Below, one piece after another: positions 36,727-46,332 of a stretch of DNA of 63,812 bases. The translations under genes and the position numbers were made by a program. The first letter of the stretch is position 1; each line of letters starts with the position of its first letter. Source of the stretch: an uncultured Coriobacteriaceae bacterium (GTDB lineage: Bacteria > Actinomycetota > Coriobacteriia > Coriobacteriales > QAMH01); contig UQUH01000004.1 in the NCBI GenBank assembly GCA_900544245.1, forward strand, positions 1 to 63,812, read 5' to 3'. The notes below the pieces were generated by a model, which had not been told where the DNA came from, did no database searches, and was given only the letters and a program-made list of their open reading frames with translations.

Positions 36727-38199
36727 CTATTCCCTGGCCGCACCGTTGTTTGGCTTGCCCGAACCCTGGCCGTGGCCGCCACCGCGGCGACGACGTCTGT
36801 TCCTCGAGTTGCCGGATCCGCCCGTGCCATTGCCCTTTGGCGCATCCCCGCTCACGGTCGAGGAGTGCTGACCGGGACGCGGGCGCGAAGGAGCCTGGCC
36901 CTTGCCCTGCGATCCTTCCTTCGAGGGAGCGTTCTGGTTGCCCTGGCGAGACTTGTTGCCGCCGTTGCCACCGCGACGTCGGCGATTGCGCGAACGGTTC
37001 GCGTTGCCGCCGGCAGATTGTCCGTCCTTGCGATCCTGCTGCTCCTTGCGCGCGGAATCCTCGTGCTTTATCTCGGTACCGTCGGTCGCGGAGACCGATC
37101 GGCGGCGCTTGCGCTCATCGCGTGGCTGCGGGGCGGGTGACGAAGTTCCCCGCTTGCGCGGCTTGCGCCCCGAATCGCCCGACTGTCTGTGCGACGCGTC
37201 ACCAGACGAGCGTCTGCAACGATGCACTCGTTCGATGGATCCTCCCTCGACCGTGGTGTCGGCAAGATCGGGGTCATCGGAGAAGAGCTTCTCGCCCATC
37301 ATCGCGAGATTGCTGTCGTTGCTCAGCTCCTCCATGATCTTGTCGAAGTTCTCCTGGGAGATATGGCAGGGACGGATACGTTCGCCCTCACGTGGAACCT
37401 TGTCACCGGTGTCGAGCGCCGAGACGGGCAGCGTCAGGCTCGAGCCGTCTTCCATGCGCAGGCGCACGGTCTCGCGCGGCGTATCGAACTCGACGACCTT
37501 GCCCATGCCCGCAGGCGTATCGATGAGCGCGTTCTTCTTGGGCGCACGGCCCTTGAAGTCCTTGTATGCCTCGTACTCGTAGCGCAGGCAGCACATGAGC
37601 CTGCCGCATAGACCGGAAATCTTGGTGGGGTTGAGCGGAAGGTCCTGCTCCTTGGCCATGCGGATGCTCACCGGTTGGAACTCGCCACCCAAGCGCGCGC
37701 AACACAGCTCCTCGCCGCAGTGACCCAAGCCGCCGAGCATGCGGGCCTCGTCACGTGGGCCGATCTGGCGCATGTCGATGCGCGTGTGGAACGCGGCTGC
37801 CAAATCGCGCACGAGCCCGCGAAAATCGACGCGCTCGTCCGAGGTGAAGTAGAAGGTCGCATGGGACTCGTCGAACGAGAACTCGACCGCCGAGGGACTC
37901 ATGTCGAGGTGATTCTTCTCGACGAGGTCGTGAAAAACCGCGAGGGCCTCCTGGTCACGCGCGGCAATCTCGTCGCTTTTGGCGAGGTCCTCCTCGGTCG
38001 CGATGCGGATGACGGGCTTGAGTGGCTTGGTGACCTCGGCCTCGTCGACATCGACGACGTCATGGGTACACAGGCCGATCTCGTTGCCCTTGCTCGTCTC
38101 GACCAGGACGTGGTCACCGGCCTTGATGTCGAGGCCCGCTGGATCGAACCAATAGTCCTGGGATGCGTAGCGAAGTCGCACTGACGCTACTAATGGCAT
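36727..38199 (-). CDS. PSP1 domain protein (RicT/YaaT-like) with long Arg/Gly/Ser-rich C-terminal tail
   Basis: 490-aa ORF. The first ~300 aa match the PSP1/YaaT pattern (GHCGEELCCARLGGEFQPVSIRMAKEQDLPLNPTKISGLCGRLMCCLRYE). The last ~190 aa are low complexity (RRRRGGNGGNKSRQG...). Confidence 0.85.
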   Translation of the reverse strand: MPLVASVRLRYASQDYWFDPAGLDIKAGDHVLVETSKGNEIGLCTHDVVDVDEAEVTKPLKPVIRIATEEDLAKSDEIAARDQEALAVFHDLVEKNHLDMSPSAVEFSFDESHATFYFTSDERVDFRGLVRDLAAAFHTRIDMRQIGPRDEARMLGGLGHCGEELCCARLGGEFQPVSIRMAKEQDLPLNPTKISGLCGRLMCCLRYEYEAYKDFKGRAPKKNALIDTPAGMGKVVEFDTPRETVRLRMEDGSSLTLPVSALDTGDKVPREGERIRPCHISQENFDKIMEELSNDSNLAMMGEKLFSDDPDLADTTVEGGSIERVHRCRRSSGDASHRQSGDSGRKPRKRGTSSPAPQPRDERKRRRSVSATDGTEIKHEDSARKEQQDRKDGQSAGGNANRSRNRRRRGGNGGNKSRQGNQNAPSKEGSQGKGQAPSRPRPGQHSSTVSGDAPKGNGTGGSGNSRNRRRRRGGGHGQGSGKPNNGAARE

Positions 38200-39185
38200 A
38201 AAGCCTCCCTGATTTCCAAGAACATTGCGTCTATCGCAAGTTGTGGTGTCACATTATACGAGATGCTCGTGGCGGCGCTTCTGGCGGCATCGAGCGCGCG
38301 CATCAAGCCGGCGGTCGTCGCCGATCGGGCCACATGGGAGCTCTGCGCGCCGCATTCCGGGTAGGCGAGCAGCTCACAACCCCCCTCGCGCGTGACGAGG
38401 CAGTCACGCAGCCATGCGCGGGTGAGGGCGCAGAAGTCGAAGAGGACGGCGCGTTCGTGGGCGGTCGCCTCGCGCTTGCCCGCGAGCTCGATCTGCTTCT
38501 TCGCTCCCTGCGAAAGGTAGTCATCGTATTTCTCGATATAGGTCTCGGCGTCGATTCTTCCCTCGTCCATCATCGACGCCTGCTCGCGCGCGAGCTCGAC
38601 GAAGCGCTTGGAATTGGCGAGCAGCGTGCGGTTGTCGCAGTCGCGTGCAAGTGCGTATAGCATGTCGAAGAGCTGGGCGTTTCCTGCGCGCACTCCGGAA
38701 GGACTGTTGAGGACGAGTACTTCGCAACGGCTGCGAAGCGTCTCGAGCACGGCCGATTCGCTATTGGCCACGAGTATGCAGACGACGTTTTGCGGCGGCT
38801 CCTCGAGCGTCTTGAGCAGGGCGTTTGCCGGCGCGCCCGCAAGGCGATGCGCATCCTGGATGATATAGACCTTGTTCGCGGCACGAATGGGTGCAAGCTC
38901 CGCGTCGTGCGTGAGCTCGCGTACCTGGTCGACGAGGTAGCCATCGGTGCCACCGGGCCTATATAGGTGAAGGTCGGGATGGACGTGACGCAGGACCTCG
39001 TCCGTGACCTGCGGATCCCCGTGGGCGATGAGGCCCGCGGCAAAGCGCAGGGCGATATCGGCGCCCGCGCCTTCCTCCCCACCGGCAACAAGATAGGCAT
39101 GCGTCATGCTGCCCGTGTCATGCACGCGCTGCAGGTACGACGTCACCTGATCCTGTCCGGAAATACCAGCAAAGAGCTCACTCAT
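38190..39185 (-). CDS. holB: DNA polymerase III delta' subunit
   Basis: A 331-aa product from the ATG at 39183-39185 (MSELFAGISGQDQV...HAYLVAGGEEGAG). It has an AAA+ clamp-loader pattern (LLKTLEEPP) and the conserved tmk-holB order. Confidence 0.82.
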   Translation of the reverse strand: MSELFAGISGQDQVTSYLQRVHDTGSMTHAYLVAGGEEGAGADIALRFAAGLIAHGDPQVTDEVLRHVHPDLHLYRPGGTDGYLVDQVRELTHDAELAPIRAANKVYIIQDAHRLAGAPANALLKTLEEPPQNVVCILVANSESAVLETLRSRCEVLVLNSPSGVRAGNAQLFDMLYALARDCDNRTLLANSKRFVELAREQASMMDEGRIDAETYIEKYDDYLSQGAKKQIELAGKREATAHERAVLFDFCALTRAWLRDCLVTREGGCELLAYPECGAQSSHVARSATTAGLMRALDAARSAATSISYNVTPQLAIDAMFLEIREALCH

Positions 39186-39910
39186 GAGCGCTCCTCCACC
39201 CCGGAATCCACCGAACAAGACAAATGTCGCTGGGGCGGTTTTGTCTGGTCTCGCAGGTTCAGGTCAAGCAAATCGACGAGGTCGGAGCAAATACGTCCGT
39301 GCACCTCGTCGACACTGCCATCGGCATCAATGACGTGGACGCGACCGGGCTCTGACGCGGCGATAGCCTCGAAGCCGCTACGTAGGCGCGCGCGAAACGC
39401 CTCGCCGGCCGACTCCATGCGGTCGCCCGTCCCGTCGGTCGATCGACCCTCGACGCGATTGCGGGCGACATCTGGGTCGAGCGCGAGGAGCAACGTGCGG
39501 TCGGGATAACGGCCACCGCATGCCAGGTCGTTGGTCGAACGCACGAGTCCGGCGCCAAGCTCACGCCCGTAGCCCTGATAGGCCAGCGTCGAATCGGTAA
39601 AGCGATCACAGACGACGACCTCACCGCGTGCAAGAGCGGGCTCGATGACCTCGTCCATCACCTGGGCGCGAGCGGCTTCGAAGAGCAGGAGCTCTGCGAG
39701 CGGCGCCATCGCGTCATCTTCCTTGTCGAGGAGCAGCGCGCGGATCTTCTCGCCCAGGCACGTACCGCCCGGCTCGTGCACGCGTAGTACCGTGCGACCC
39801 TGCTGCTCGAGCCAACTGGCGAGAAGGTCGGCCTGTGTCGACTTGCCAACGCCGTCATCTCCCTCGAGCGTGAGGAAGATTCCCGGCGTGCTATCAGCGT
39901 TGCTATCCAT
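39182..39910 (-). CDS. tmk: dTMP (thymidylate) kinase
   Basis: 242-aa ORF with FLTLEGDDGVGKSTQ (P-loop) and a DRF...S.AYQG motif. Confidence 0.9.
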   Translation of the reverse strand: MDSNADSTPGIFLTLEGDDGVGKSTQADLLASWLEQQGRTVLRVHEPGGTCLGEKIRALLLDKEDDAMAPLAELLLFEAARAQVMDEVIEPALARGEVVVCDRFTDSTLAYQGYGRELGAGLVRSTNDLACGGRYPDRTLLLALDPDVARNRVEGRSTDGTGDRMESAGEAFRARLRSGFEAIAASEPGRVHVIDADGSVDEVHGRICSDLVDLLDLNLRDQTKPPQRHLSCSVDSGVEERS

Positions 39911-39937
39911 GCGGATGGGTGTCTCCGTCTACTTCTT

Positions 39938-42475
39938 CTACTTCTTGGCCGTGGTCTTCTTCTTGGTGGCCGTCTTCTTCTTCGCCCCGCCACGAGGCTT
40001 CTTGGCCTTGTCGGCCTTCTCCTTCTCGCGTTTGGGGCAGTTCATGTTCACGCAGATGCGCCACGGGCCGCGCGCCGTCGAGACGATGACCTCGGGCGCA
40101 CCGCATTCGTCGCACACCTCGCCGGTGGCGGTGATATCACCGCGCTGGGGCAACGGATAGCTCACGTCACATTGCTCGAAGTTCTCGCAGCGGATGAAGC
40201 GCTTGAGCGTGCGGGGGTTCTTCTGCGCGATGAGCTTGCCCTCGCGGCCGGCCTCCTTGCACACGGCGCATTCGCCGACGACGATCTCCTCCATCTTGTT
40301 GGTGGCGCATTCGGGATCGAGGCAGTGGTTGTACGCCTTCTGCCTGAAGGGCGTGACCTTGATCTGCGGGCCGCCGCAGGTGGGACACGGCTCCTCGAGC
40401 GCCTCGTAGCGACCCTGCGGCAGCGGATAGGTCACATCGCAGTCGGGCCAGTTGTTGCAGCCGACGAAACTCGAACGCGTCTTTGCCGAGGTCTTCACGC
40501 ACAAGTCCCCGCCGCACTTGGGGCAGGCACCCACACGGCTATCAGCCGTAACGGCATCGGAAATCATGTCCGCAATGGCATCCTTCTCGGGAATGAGGCT
40601 CTCGATGATGCCGCCGAGCAGCTCACGCGAATGCAGCACGACCTCGTCACGCTGGCGCTTGCCGTCGGCGACCTGCGTCATCTCGCCTTCAAGCTCGGCG
40701 GTCATGTTGGGTGTGGTGATGGGCTCGGCGAACTTCTCGAGCGCGTCGATGATAGCGATGCCGAGCTGGGTGGGCTCGATGGGATCGTTCACGATGTAAT
40801 GGCGGCTGTAGAGGCGCTCGATCATGTCATGGCGCGTGGCCTTGGTGCCAAGGCCCTTTGCCTCCATCTCCTGGACGAGCTTGCCCGACGAGTAGCGCGC
40901 TGGCGGCTCGGTCTGCTTGTGCGCGCAATCCGCATCCCAGAAGTCGAGCGTCTGGCCTTCGACGAGCGGGGGCATCTGCTCGTCCTTCTTGAGGCCGTAC
41001 GGATACACGCTGCGATAGCCCGGCTCGACAAGCACGTCGCCGCGAGCGGTGAAGGGCTCGCCCTCGACATCGAGCGTGACCTTGGTGGACTCGAGGACGG
41101 CGGCCTCAGACAGCGTCGCCATGAAGCGCCGGCAGATGAGACTGTAGAGCTTCCATTCCTCGGGACGGAGCTTGTCGGGATCGGCCGCGCCCGTGGGGTA
41201 GATGGGCGGGTGGTCGGTCGTCTCCTGCTTGCCGCGCGTGGCCGTGAGCTTGCCCTTGGCGAGCAGCGCCTCGGCCCCCTCGCGAAAGTCGGGGACCTTG
41301 GCGAGGATGTCGAGAACCCCGCGCAGGTCGAGCCCTTCGGGGTAGACCGTGTTGTCGACGCGGGGATACGAGGTGTAGCCGTTCATGTAGAGCGATTCGG
41401 CGATGCGCATGGTGCGCGCCGGCTTGATGCCGATGGAGCTCGCCGCCGCCATGAGCGAGGGGGTGTTGAACGGAGCGGGCGGATTGGACTTGCGGCGCTT
41501 CTTCTCGATGGCGCCGACGGTCGCCTCGGTCGCACCCGCGATGCGGGCCATGACGCCGTCTGCCTCGCCCTTGTCCTTGAAGCGCGCGGTGGCGTGCGTC
41601 GCGGTGAAGGCATCGTCGTGCTCGTCCTTGGGCGCGGCAGTACCGGTGATGACCCAGTAGTCCTCCGGAACGAAGGCGTCGCGCTCCTTCTCGCGCTCGA
41701 CCACGAGGGCCAGCGTGGGGGTCTGCACACGACCGGCGGAGCGCGTGTTGCCGATGCCGCTGTACTTCACGCAGGTGAGGTAGCGTGTGAGCACGGCACC
41801 CCAGATGAGATCGATGTACTGGCGCGTCTCGCCCGCGTGCGCAAGGTCATAGTCGAGCGTCTGGAGTTTGGCGGGAGAGAACGCGTCCTCGATCTCCTTC
41901 TTGACGAAGGCGGAGTAACGGGCGCGCGTAATGGGCGCGGCCTCGTTTACCTCGCGGACCACGGAGATGGCATCGAGGCCGATGAGCTCACCCTCGCGGT
42001 CGAAGTCGGTGGCGATGATGATCTCATCGGCCTTCTTGGCGAGGTTCTTGAGCGAGCGGATGATGTCCTTCTCGGCCGGCAACTTGATGATGGGCGCGTA
42101 GGTGAGGTAGGGCAGCGCGGGAATCTTCCAGCCCTTGAGGTTGATGCCCTCGGGAACGTAGGGACGACGCTTGGATTTCCACGGCGGGGTTGCGAGCGCC
42201 TTGGGCACGTCCGGCGCATCGATGACCTCGCCGTCCTCCTCGACACCGACCCAACCCGTCTTCTTCTTGTAGATGAGCTCCTGGGGGAAATCGAGCCCGA
42301 GGATATGGCCCTTGAGCCCGATGGCAACGCATTCGTGACCATCGCGATTGAAGCGGTACACGGGCGTGTTGTAGACCTTGTCCGTCTCGGGCTTGCCCCC
42401 TTGGGCAAGGAGACGGGAGATCTGCTGCGCTGCGATGTTTTTCTCGGTAATGATCAGTTCCATGTTGCCCATCAC
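39938..42475 (-). CDS. topA: DNA topoisomerase I
   Basis: 845-aa ORF with a TOPRIM start (LIITEKNIAAQ), the active-site region, several C-terminal Cys4 zinc ribbons and a Lys-rich tail. The start could also be at 42472 or 42463. Confidence 0.93.
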   Translation of the reverse strand: MMGNMELIITEKNIAAQQISRLLAQGGKPETDKVYNTPVYRFNRDGHECVAIGLKGHILGLDFPQELIYKKKTGWVGVEEDGEVIDAPDVPKALATPPWKSKRRPYVPEGINLKGWKIPALPYLTYAPIIKLPAEKDIIRSLKNLAKKADEIIIATDFDREGELIGLDAISVVREVNEAAPITRARYSAFVKKEIEDAFSPAKLQTLDYDLAHAGETRQYIDLIWGAVLTRYLTCVKYSGIGNTRSAGRVQTPTLALVVEREKERDAFVPEDYWVITGTAAPKDEHDDAFTATHATARFKDKGEADGVMARIAGATEATVGAIEKKRRKSNPPAPFNTPSLMAAASSIGIKPARTMRIAESLYMNGYTSYPRVDNTVYPEGLDLRGVLDILAKVPDFREGAEALLAKGKLTATRGKQETTDHPPIYPTGAADPDKLRPEEWKLYSLICRRFMATLSEAAVLESTKVTLDVEGEPFTARGDVLVEPGYRSVYPYGLKKDEQMPPLVEGQTLDFWDADCAHKQTEPPARYSSGKLVQEMEAKGLGTKATRHDMIERLYSRHYIVNDPIEPTQLGIAIIDALEKFAEPITTPNMTAELEGEMTQVADGKRQRDEVVLHSRELLGGIIESLIPEKDAIADMISDAVTADSRVGACPKCGGDLCVKTSAKTRSSFVGCNNWPDCDVTYPLPQGRYEALEEPCPTCGGPQIKVTPFRQKAYNHCLDPECATNKMEEIVVGECAVCKEAGREGKLIAQKNPRTLKRFIRCENFEQCDVSYPLPQRGDITATGEVCDECGAPEVIVSTARGPWRICVNMNCPKREKEKADKAKKPRGGAKKKTATKKKTTAKK

Positions 42476-42519
42476 TCACTCGTTTTTGCTGCGTTCCTGA
42501 GAACAGCTATGGCTTACAA

Positions 42520-43530
42520 TTGCCCGTGGAGATTACACGGGCGGGGCCGGAAAGGCCTCAGTTGCTCGATTTTAACCATATATATAAGGTTCTGGCTACC
42601 TCCATTTTGGAAACGATTAGCCCCACGCGCTGCGTCGTGTGCGATGCGCCCGGCAGCGTCCTGTGCGAGAGCTGCGCGTCTTCCCTTCCCTTCATCGATC
42701 TCATGCTCGCGTGCCCACGTTGCGGCGCCCCCTATGGGCGCATGTTGTGCACGGAATGTCCGATGCCGGGAAGCGAGGCAGCGCTGCGGCATCCCGAGGA
42801 GGCGTTTCCGTTTTCGCGCGCACGCTCGGCGCTGTCGTTCGAAGGCGGGGCAAGAAAGATCATCCGCACCTACAAGGACGGCGACGAGTTGCGTCTTGAC
42901 GCGGTCATCGCCTCGTTCCTGTGCGCCGCAATACGCGGACGCGATGAGACACATTGGACAGGCACATCTGTCTCATGCGGACGGGAGATGGGGACCGACA
43001 TCCCAAGGCCTCCCGCCGTCATTTGGGGTAAGACGGGACCTTCCGCTGTCACCTCGAGTGAAGCGGAGCGGAGTCGAGAAATCTCCCCTCCCTACCCTCG
43101 GGACTGGTCGCAGTGGGCAGGCGCGCTCACGTACGTACCAGCATCGCCCGAGGCGTTGCGACGGCGCGGGTTCGACCATATGGAGCGCGTGGCGCAGATT
43201 GTGGCGCAGCGTACGGGACTGCCGCTCGTGCACGCGCTTGCAAGTCGCAAAGGAGCCCACGACCAACGTAAGCTGGGACGCGGAGAGCGCCTGGCAAATC
43301 GCAGCGGGTCGTTCTCGCTTGCGACGGATGAGAGGACGAAACACGAAGGTGATTTAGGGGCGACCGGTGAGGACGCTTCGGTGACGTTGCGAGCGGGCAG
43401 AATGCTACAACGCGTCATCCTCGTCGACGACGTCTTCACGACGGGCGCGACGCTGTCGGCGGCAACGCAGGTGCTCCTCGACGGCGGTGTCCGTGAAGTC
43501 CGTGCCGTCACCTGCTGCCGCGTCTGGTGA
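42520..43530 (+). CDS. comFC: ComF-family protein (zinc-finger + phosphoribosyltransferase domain) carrying an in-frame repeat-derived insertion
   Basis: 336-aa ORF (TTG start; the true start is uncertain). It has the N-terminal CxxC...CxxC...CxxC...C, RGFDH and the PRT motif VILVDDVFTTGATL. About 50 extra residues (DETHWTGTSVSCG...SEAERSREISPPYPR) are encoded by a family B hairpin plus a family C repeat. Confidence 0.8.
   Translation: MPVEITRAGPERPQLLDFNHIYKVLATSILETISPTRCVVCDAPGSVLCESCASSLPFIDLMLACPRCGAPYGRMLCTECPMPGSEAALRHPEEAFPFSRARSALSFEGGARKIIRTYKDGDELRLDAVIASFLCAAIRGRDETHWTGTSVSCGREMGTDIPRPPAVIWGKTGPSAVTSSEAERSREISPPYPRDWSQWAGALTYVPASPEALRRRGFDHMERVAQIVAQRTGLPLVHALASRKGAHDQRKLGRGERLANRSGSFSLATDERTKHEGDLGATGEDASVTLRAGRMLQRVILVDDVFTTGATLSAATQVLLDGGVREVRAVTCCRVW
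42944..42976. repeat. Family B hairpin element (cattggacagg loop subtype) inside the comF reading frame
   Basis: atgagacacattggacaggcacatctgtctcat. The same subtype occurs at 43531-43563 and 56145-56218. Confidence 0.85.
43054..43085. repeat. Family C repeat copy inside the comF reading frame
   Basis: tcgagtgaagcggagcggagtcgagaaatctc is the reverse-complement orientation of the 23083-23122 copy. Confidence 0.7.
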
Positions 43531-43563
43531 ATGAGACACATTGGACAGGTACAGCTGTCTCAT
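43531..43563. repeat. Family B hairpin between convergent comF and nhaC; likely bidirectional terminator
   Basis: atgagacacattggacaggtacagctgtctcat, followed by tttt. It starts right after the comF stop and contains the nhaC stop (tca 43560-43562). Confidence 0.85.
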
Positions 43564-44867
43564 TTTCTGTCCGGCTTGTCGAGGGCGATGCTGATGAGGA
43601 CGCAGGCGAGCAACAGGAACTGGTAGAACAGAAACGGCATGATCTCGACGCTCGCGATACCGGCGAGGCTCGCTGCGACGAGGAGCTGCGCGCCATAGGG
43701 GATGATGCCCTGTCCGATGCAGCTGAAGATGTCGATGAGACTCGCCACTCGCACGGGTTCGATGCCGTACTCCTCGCCGATGTGCTTGGCGATGGGACCG
43801 GAAACCACGATGGCCACCGTGTTGTTGGCGCAGGCGATGTCGAGCAGCAACGTGAGCAAGCCACAACCGAGCTCGCCGCCGCGCTTGCCGGTGAAGTGCC
43901 GCTTAATGAACGCAAGAATCGACGCGAAGCCGCCGTATTCGCGCATGAGCGCGCTAATCGATGCGACGAGAATCGTCACGATCATCGTCTCGAACATCCC
44001 AGCCGTTCCCGTGCCCATGGCCGAGAACGCGCTCGCGAAATCGAGCGATCCCGTCGCTCCGCCCACAATGGCGAACAGCACGATGCCACCGCCAAGCACG
44101 AGGAAGACGTTGATGCCGCACAACGCGGCGATGAGTACGACGAAGTACGGTATCGCCTGCCAGATGTTGTATTCGAAGTCATCGAGCGCGGGTGTGCCGG
44201 CCATGATCGCCATCGCGATGAGGATGCCGAGCGTGATGAGCGCCGCAGGCAAGGCGATGCGGAAGTTGTTGAGGAACTTATCCTTCATGTTGACGCCCTG
44301 CGTGCGGGTTGCCGCGATCGTGGTGTCCGAAATGAACGAGAGGTTGTCGCCGAACATCGCGCCGCCGACGACGGTTCCCACGCACAACGGCAGATTGAAG
44401 CCCGCGCTGGCGGCGACGGTCACGGCGATGGGGGTGAGCACCGTGATGGTGCCGACGCTCGTTCCCATGGCAAGCGAGATGATGCAGGCGATGACGAAGA
44501 GGCCGGGAATGGCCGCTTGGGCGGGCAGTATGTCGAGCAGCAGGTTTGCCGTGCTCTCCGCGCCACCGGCTGCGCTCGCAATGCCGGAGAACGCGCCGGC
44601 CATCAGGAAGATGAAGAGCATGATGACGATGTTGTCGTCACCGATGCCGCGTGCGCATACGTGGATCTTCTCGTCAAAGGACAGCGAGCGGTTCTGCAGG
44701 AACGCGACGACGAGCGCGATGACGAAGGCCACGACGACGCTGACCACGTAGAAGCCCATCTGCCCTTCGGCAGGCGCGACGTACTCGAAGTAGATGCCGC
44801 ATCCGAGGTAGAGCACCAGGAAGACGACGATGGGCAGCAATGCCTTTGCGTTTGGTTTCTTATCCAT
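43560..44867 (-). CDS. Na+/H+ antiporter NhaC-family membrane transporter
   Basis: A 435-aa product from the ATG at 44865-44867 (MDKKPNAKALLPIVVFLVLYLG...). Polytopic membrane protein with an NhaC-like pattern. Confidence 0.78.
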   Translation of the reverse strand: MDKKPNAKALLPIVVFLVLYLGCGIYFEYVAPAEGQMGFYVVSVVVAFVIALVVAFLQNRSLSFDEKIHVCARGIGDDNIVIMLFIFLMAGAFSGIASAAGGAESTANLLLDILPAQAAIPGLFVIACIISLAMGTSVGTITVLTPIAVTVAASAGFNLPLCVGTVVGGAMFGDNLSFISDTTIAATRTQGVNMKDKFLNNFRIALPAALITLGILIAMAIMAGTPALDDFEYNIWQAIPYFVVLIAALCGINVFLVLGGGIVLFAIVGGATGSLDFASAFSAMGTGTAGMFETMIVTILVASISALMREYGGFASILAFIKRHFTGKRGGELGCGLLTLLLDIACANNTVAIVVSGPIAKHIGEEYGIEPVRVASLIDIFSCIGQGIIPYGAQLLVAASLAGIASVEIMPFLFYQFLLLACVLISIALDKPDRK

Positions 44868-44970
44868 GCGAGCATGATAGACCAAATCGCGCTCGTCGGC
44901 AGCACGCCCATGTGGGCACTTGGTGGTATCATCTGCGCATGTGCATTTAGGCAAAGGCGGTGCAAACAGC

Positions 44971-46134
44971 ATGGTGGGAGAGAATCTTCCGCGTTCCCTG
45001 AAATGGCAGCCAGCGCTCGAGGGGTGGGTTCCCAGCGCGCTGACCACGGCGAATCTTGATGATGCGGCAGCTCGGCTGACGGTGCTCGACCAGCGCCTCC
45101 TGCCACATTCGATTGACTACATCGATTGCTTCACCTCCAAACAGGTATGCGACACGATCGAGGAGCTTGCGGTGCGTGGGGCCCCGGCCATTGGCATTGC
45201 CGGCGCATTTGCCCTCGTGCTGTGGGCGAAGAACGAGTGGCCCGTCATCCGTGAGGCGAAACGCCAGGCCAATCCCAAGAGCGACGTCGATTCCGTCACC
45301 GTGTTCGCGAGCAAGCTCGAGCAGCGCGGACGCGAGATCGCGGCGGTGCGCCCGACGGCCGTCAACCTCACCTGGGCGATCAACGAGCTCGTCGCACCGG
45401 CTCGCATGGCGGCGTATCGGGGCGACACCGTCGAACACATCACGACCGAGCTCGAGGAGCAGGCCTGCCAGCTCATGGAGGACGAGATCTACTCGTGCAA
45501 GCTCATCGGCGAGAACGGCGCCGTCATCATCTCCACGCTCGCCCAGCGCCTGGGACGTCCCCTGCGCATCGAGACGCACTGCAACGCCGGCGCACTCGCG
45601 ACGGCTGCCTGGGGTACGGCCACATCCATCATCTATCACGCCTTCGAGAACGGTGATGTCGAAAAGGTCTGGGTCGACGAGACCCGTCCCGTCGAGCAAG
45701 GCGCGCGTCTCACCGCCTGGGAACTCGAGCAAGCCGGCGTGCCTTATACGCTCATCAGCGACAGCATGGCCGGTTCCATCATGGGGCAGGGACTCGTGGA
45801 TGCCGTCATCGTGGGCGCCGACCGTGTCTGCGCGAACGGCGACGTCGCCAACAAGATCGGGACCTATCCGCTTGCCATCGTCGCGAGCTACCACGGCGTG
45901 CCGTTCTTCGTCGCCGCACCACACTCGACCTTCGACAAGTCGCTGACCACGGGCGACGAGGTCGTTATAGAGCAGCGCGACGCCACCGAGGTACGTTGCA
46001 TGCCCTACGGCCACCAATGGCTGCCCATAGCCCCCACCGAATGCGACGTGTTCAACCCGGCATTTGACATCACGCCCAACGAGCTCATCACCGGCGTCAT
46101 CACCGAGACGGGTATCGAGTTCGCCGGCGAATGA
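44971..46134 (+). CDS. mtnA: S-methyl-5-thioribose-1-phosphate isomerase (eIF-2B alpha/beta/delta family)
   Basis: A 387-aa product from the ATG at 44971, with LTVLDQRLLP, VRGAPAIGIAGAF, THCNAGALAT and GADRVCANGDVANKIGTY motifs. Confidence 0.88.
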   Translation: MVGENLPRSLKWQPALEGWVPSALTTANLDDAAARLTVLDQRLLPHSIDYIDCFTSKQVCDTIEELAVRGAPAIGIAGAFALVLWAKNEWPVIREAKRQANPKSDVDSVTVFASKLEQRGREIAAVRPTAVNLTWAINELVAPARMAAYRGDTVEHITTELEEQACQLMEDEIYSCKLIGENGAVIISTLAQRLGRPLRIETHCNAGALATAAWGTATSIIYHAFENGDVEKVWVDETRPVEQGARLTAWELEQAGVPYTLISDSMAGSIMGQGLVDAVIVGADRVCANGDVANKIGTYPLAIVASYHGVPFFVAAPHSTFDKSLTTGDEVVIEQRDATEVRCMPYGHQWLPIAPTECDVFNPAFDITPNELITGVITETGIEFAGE

Positions 46135-46214
46135 GACAGTTGCTCAGGGACGTTGTCTCACTACCATACGAGCCCTGTTCATGATGAGACAACGTCCCTG
46201 AGCAACTGTCTCAT
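46131..46214. repeat. Head-to-head inverted pair of family B hairpin elements
   Basis: atgagacagttgctcagggacgttgtctcac (46131-46161) and its exact-type reverse complement atgagacaacgtccctgagcaactgtctcat (46184-46214), separated by 22 nt. The first copy contains the mtnA stop codon. Confidence 0.85.
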
Positions 46215-46332
46215 CGTTTGTCCCAGCTCACCGCTTACCCACGGACGTTGACGGGCACATCCTCCCCGGCTCGCATGTGGTAAAGTAGCGAGTTTGCAGG
46301 GAATCGAACGTAGACACGCAAAGGATGTTTTC

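Noticed and set aside
40172-43357. 1061-aa ORF on the + strand spanning the topA region and comF
   Set aside because: It lies antisense to the well-supported topA gene, has a low-complexity Arg/Ala/Gly/Leu-rich composition with no motifs, and reads through intergenic repeats. This is a typical shadow ORF of high-GC DNA.
43527-45059. 510-aa + strand ORF opposite the nhaC gene, plus similar long antisense ORFs at 2103-3131, 13004-13915, 27761-28900, 30979-32346, 33163-34461, 34465-36057, 44947-46017, 50890-52032 and 56796-57764
   Set aside because: Each overlaps a motif-supported gene on the other strand and shows an Arg/Asp/His/Gly-rich, motif-free sequence. All were treated as non-coding shadows.
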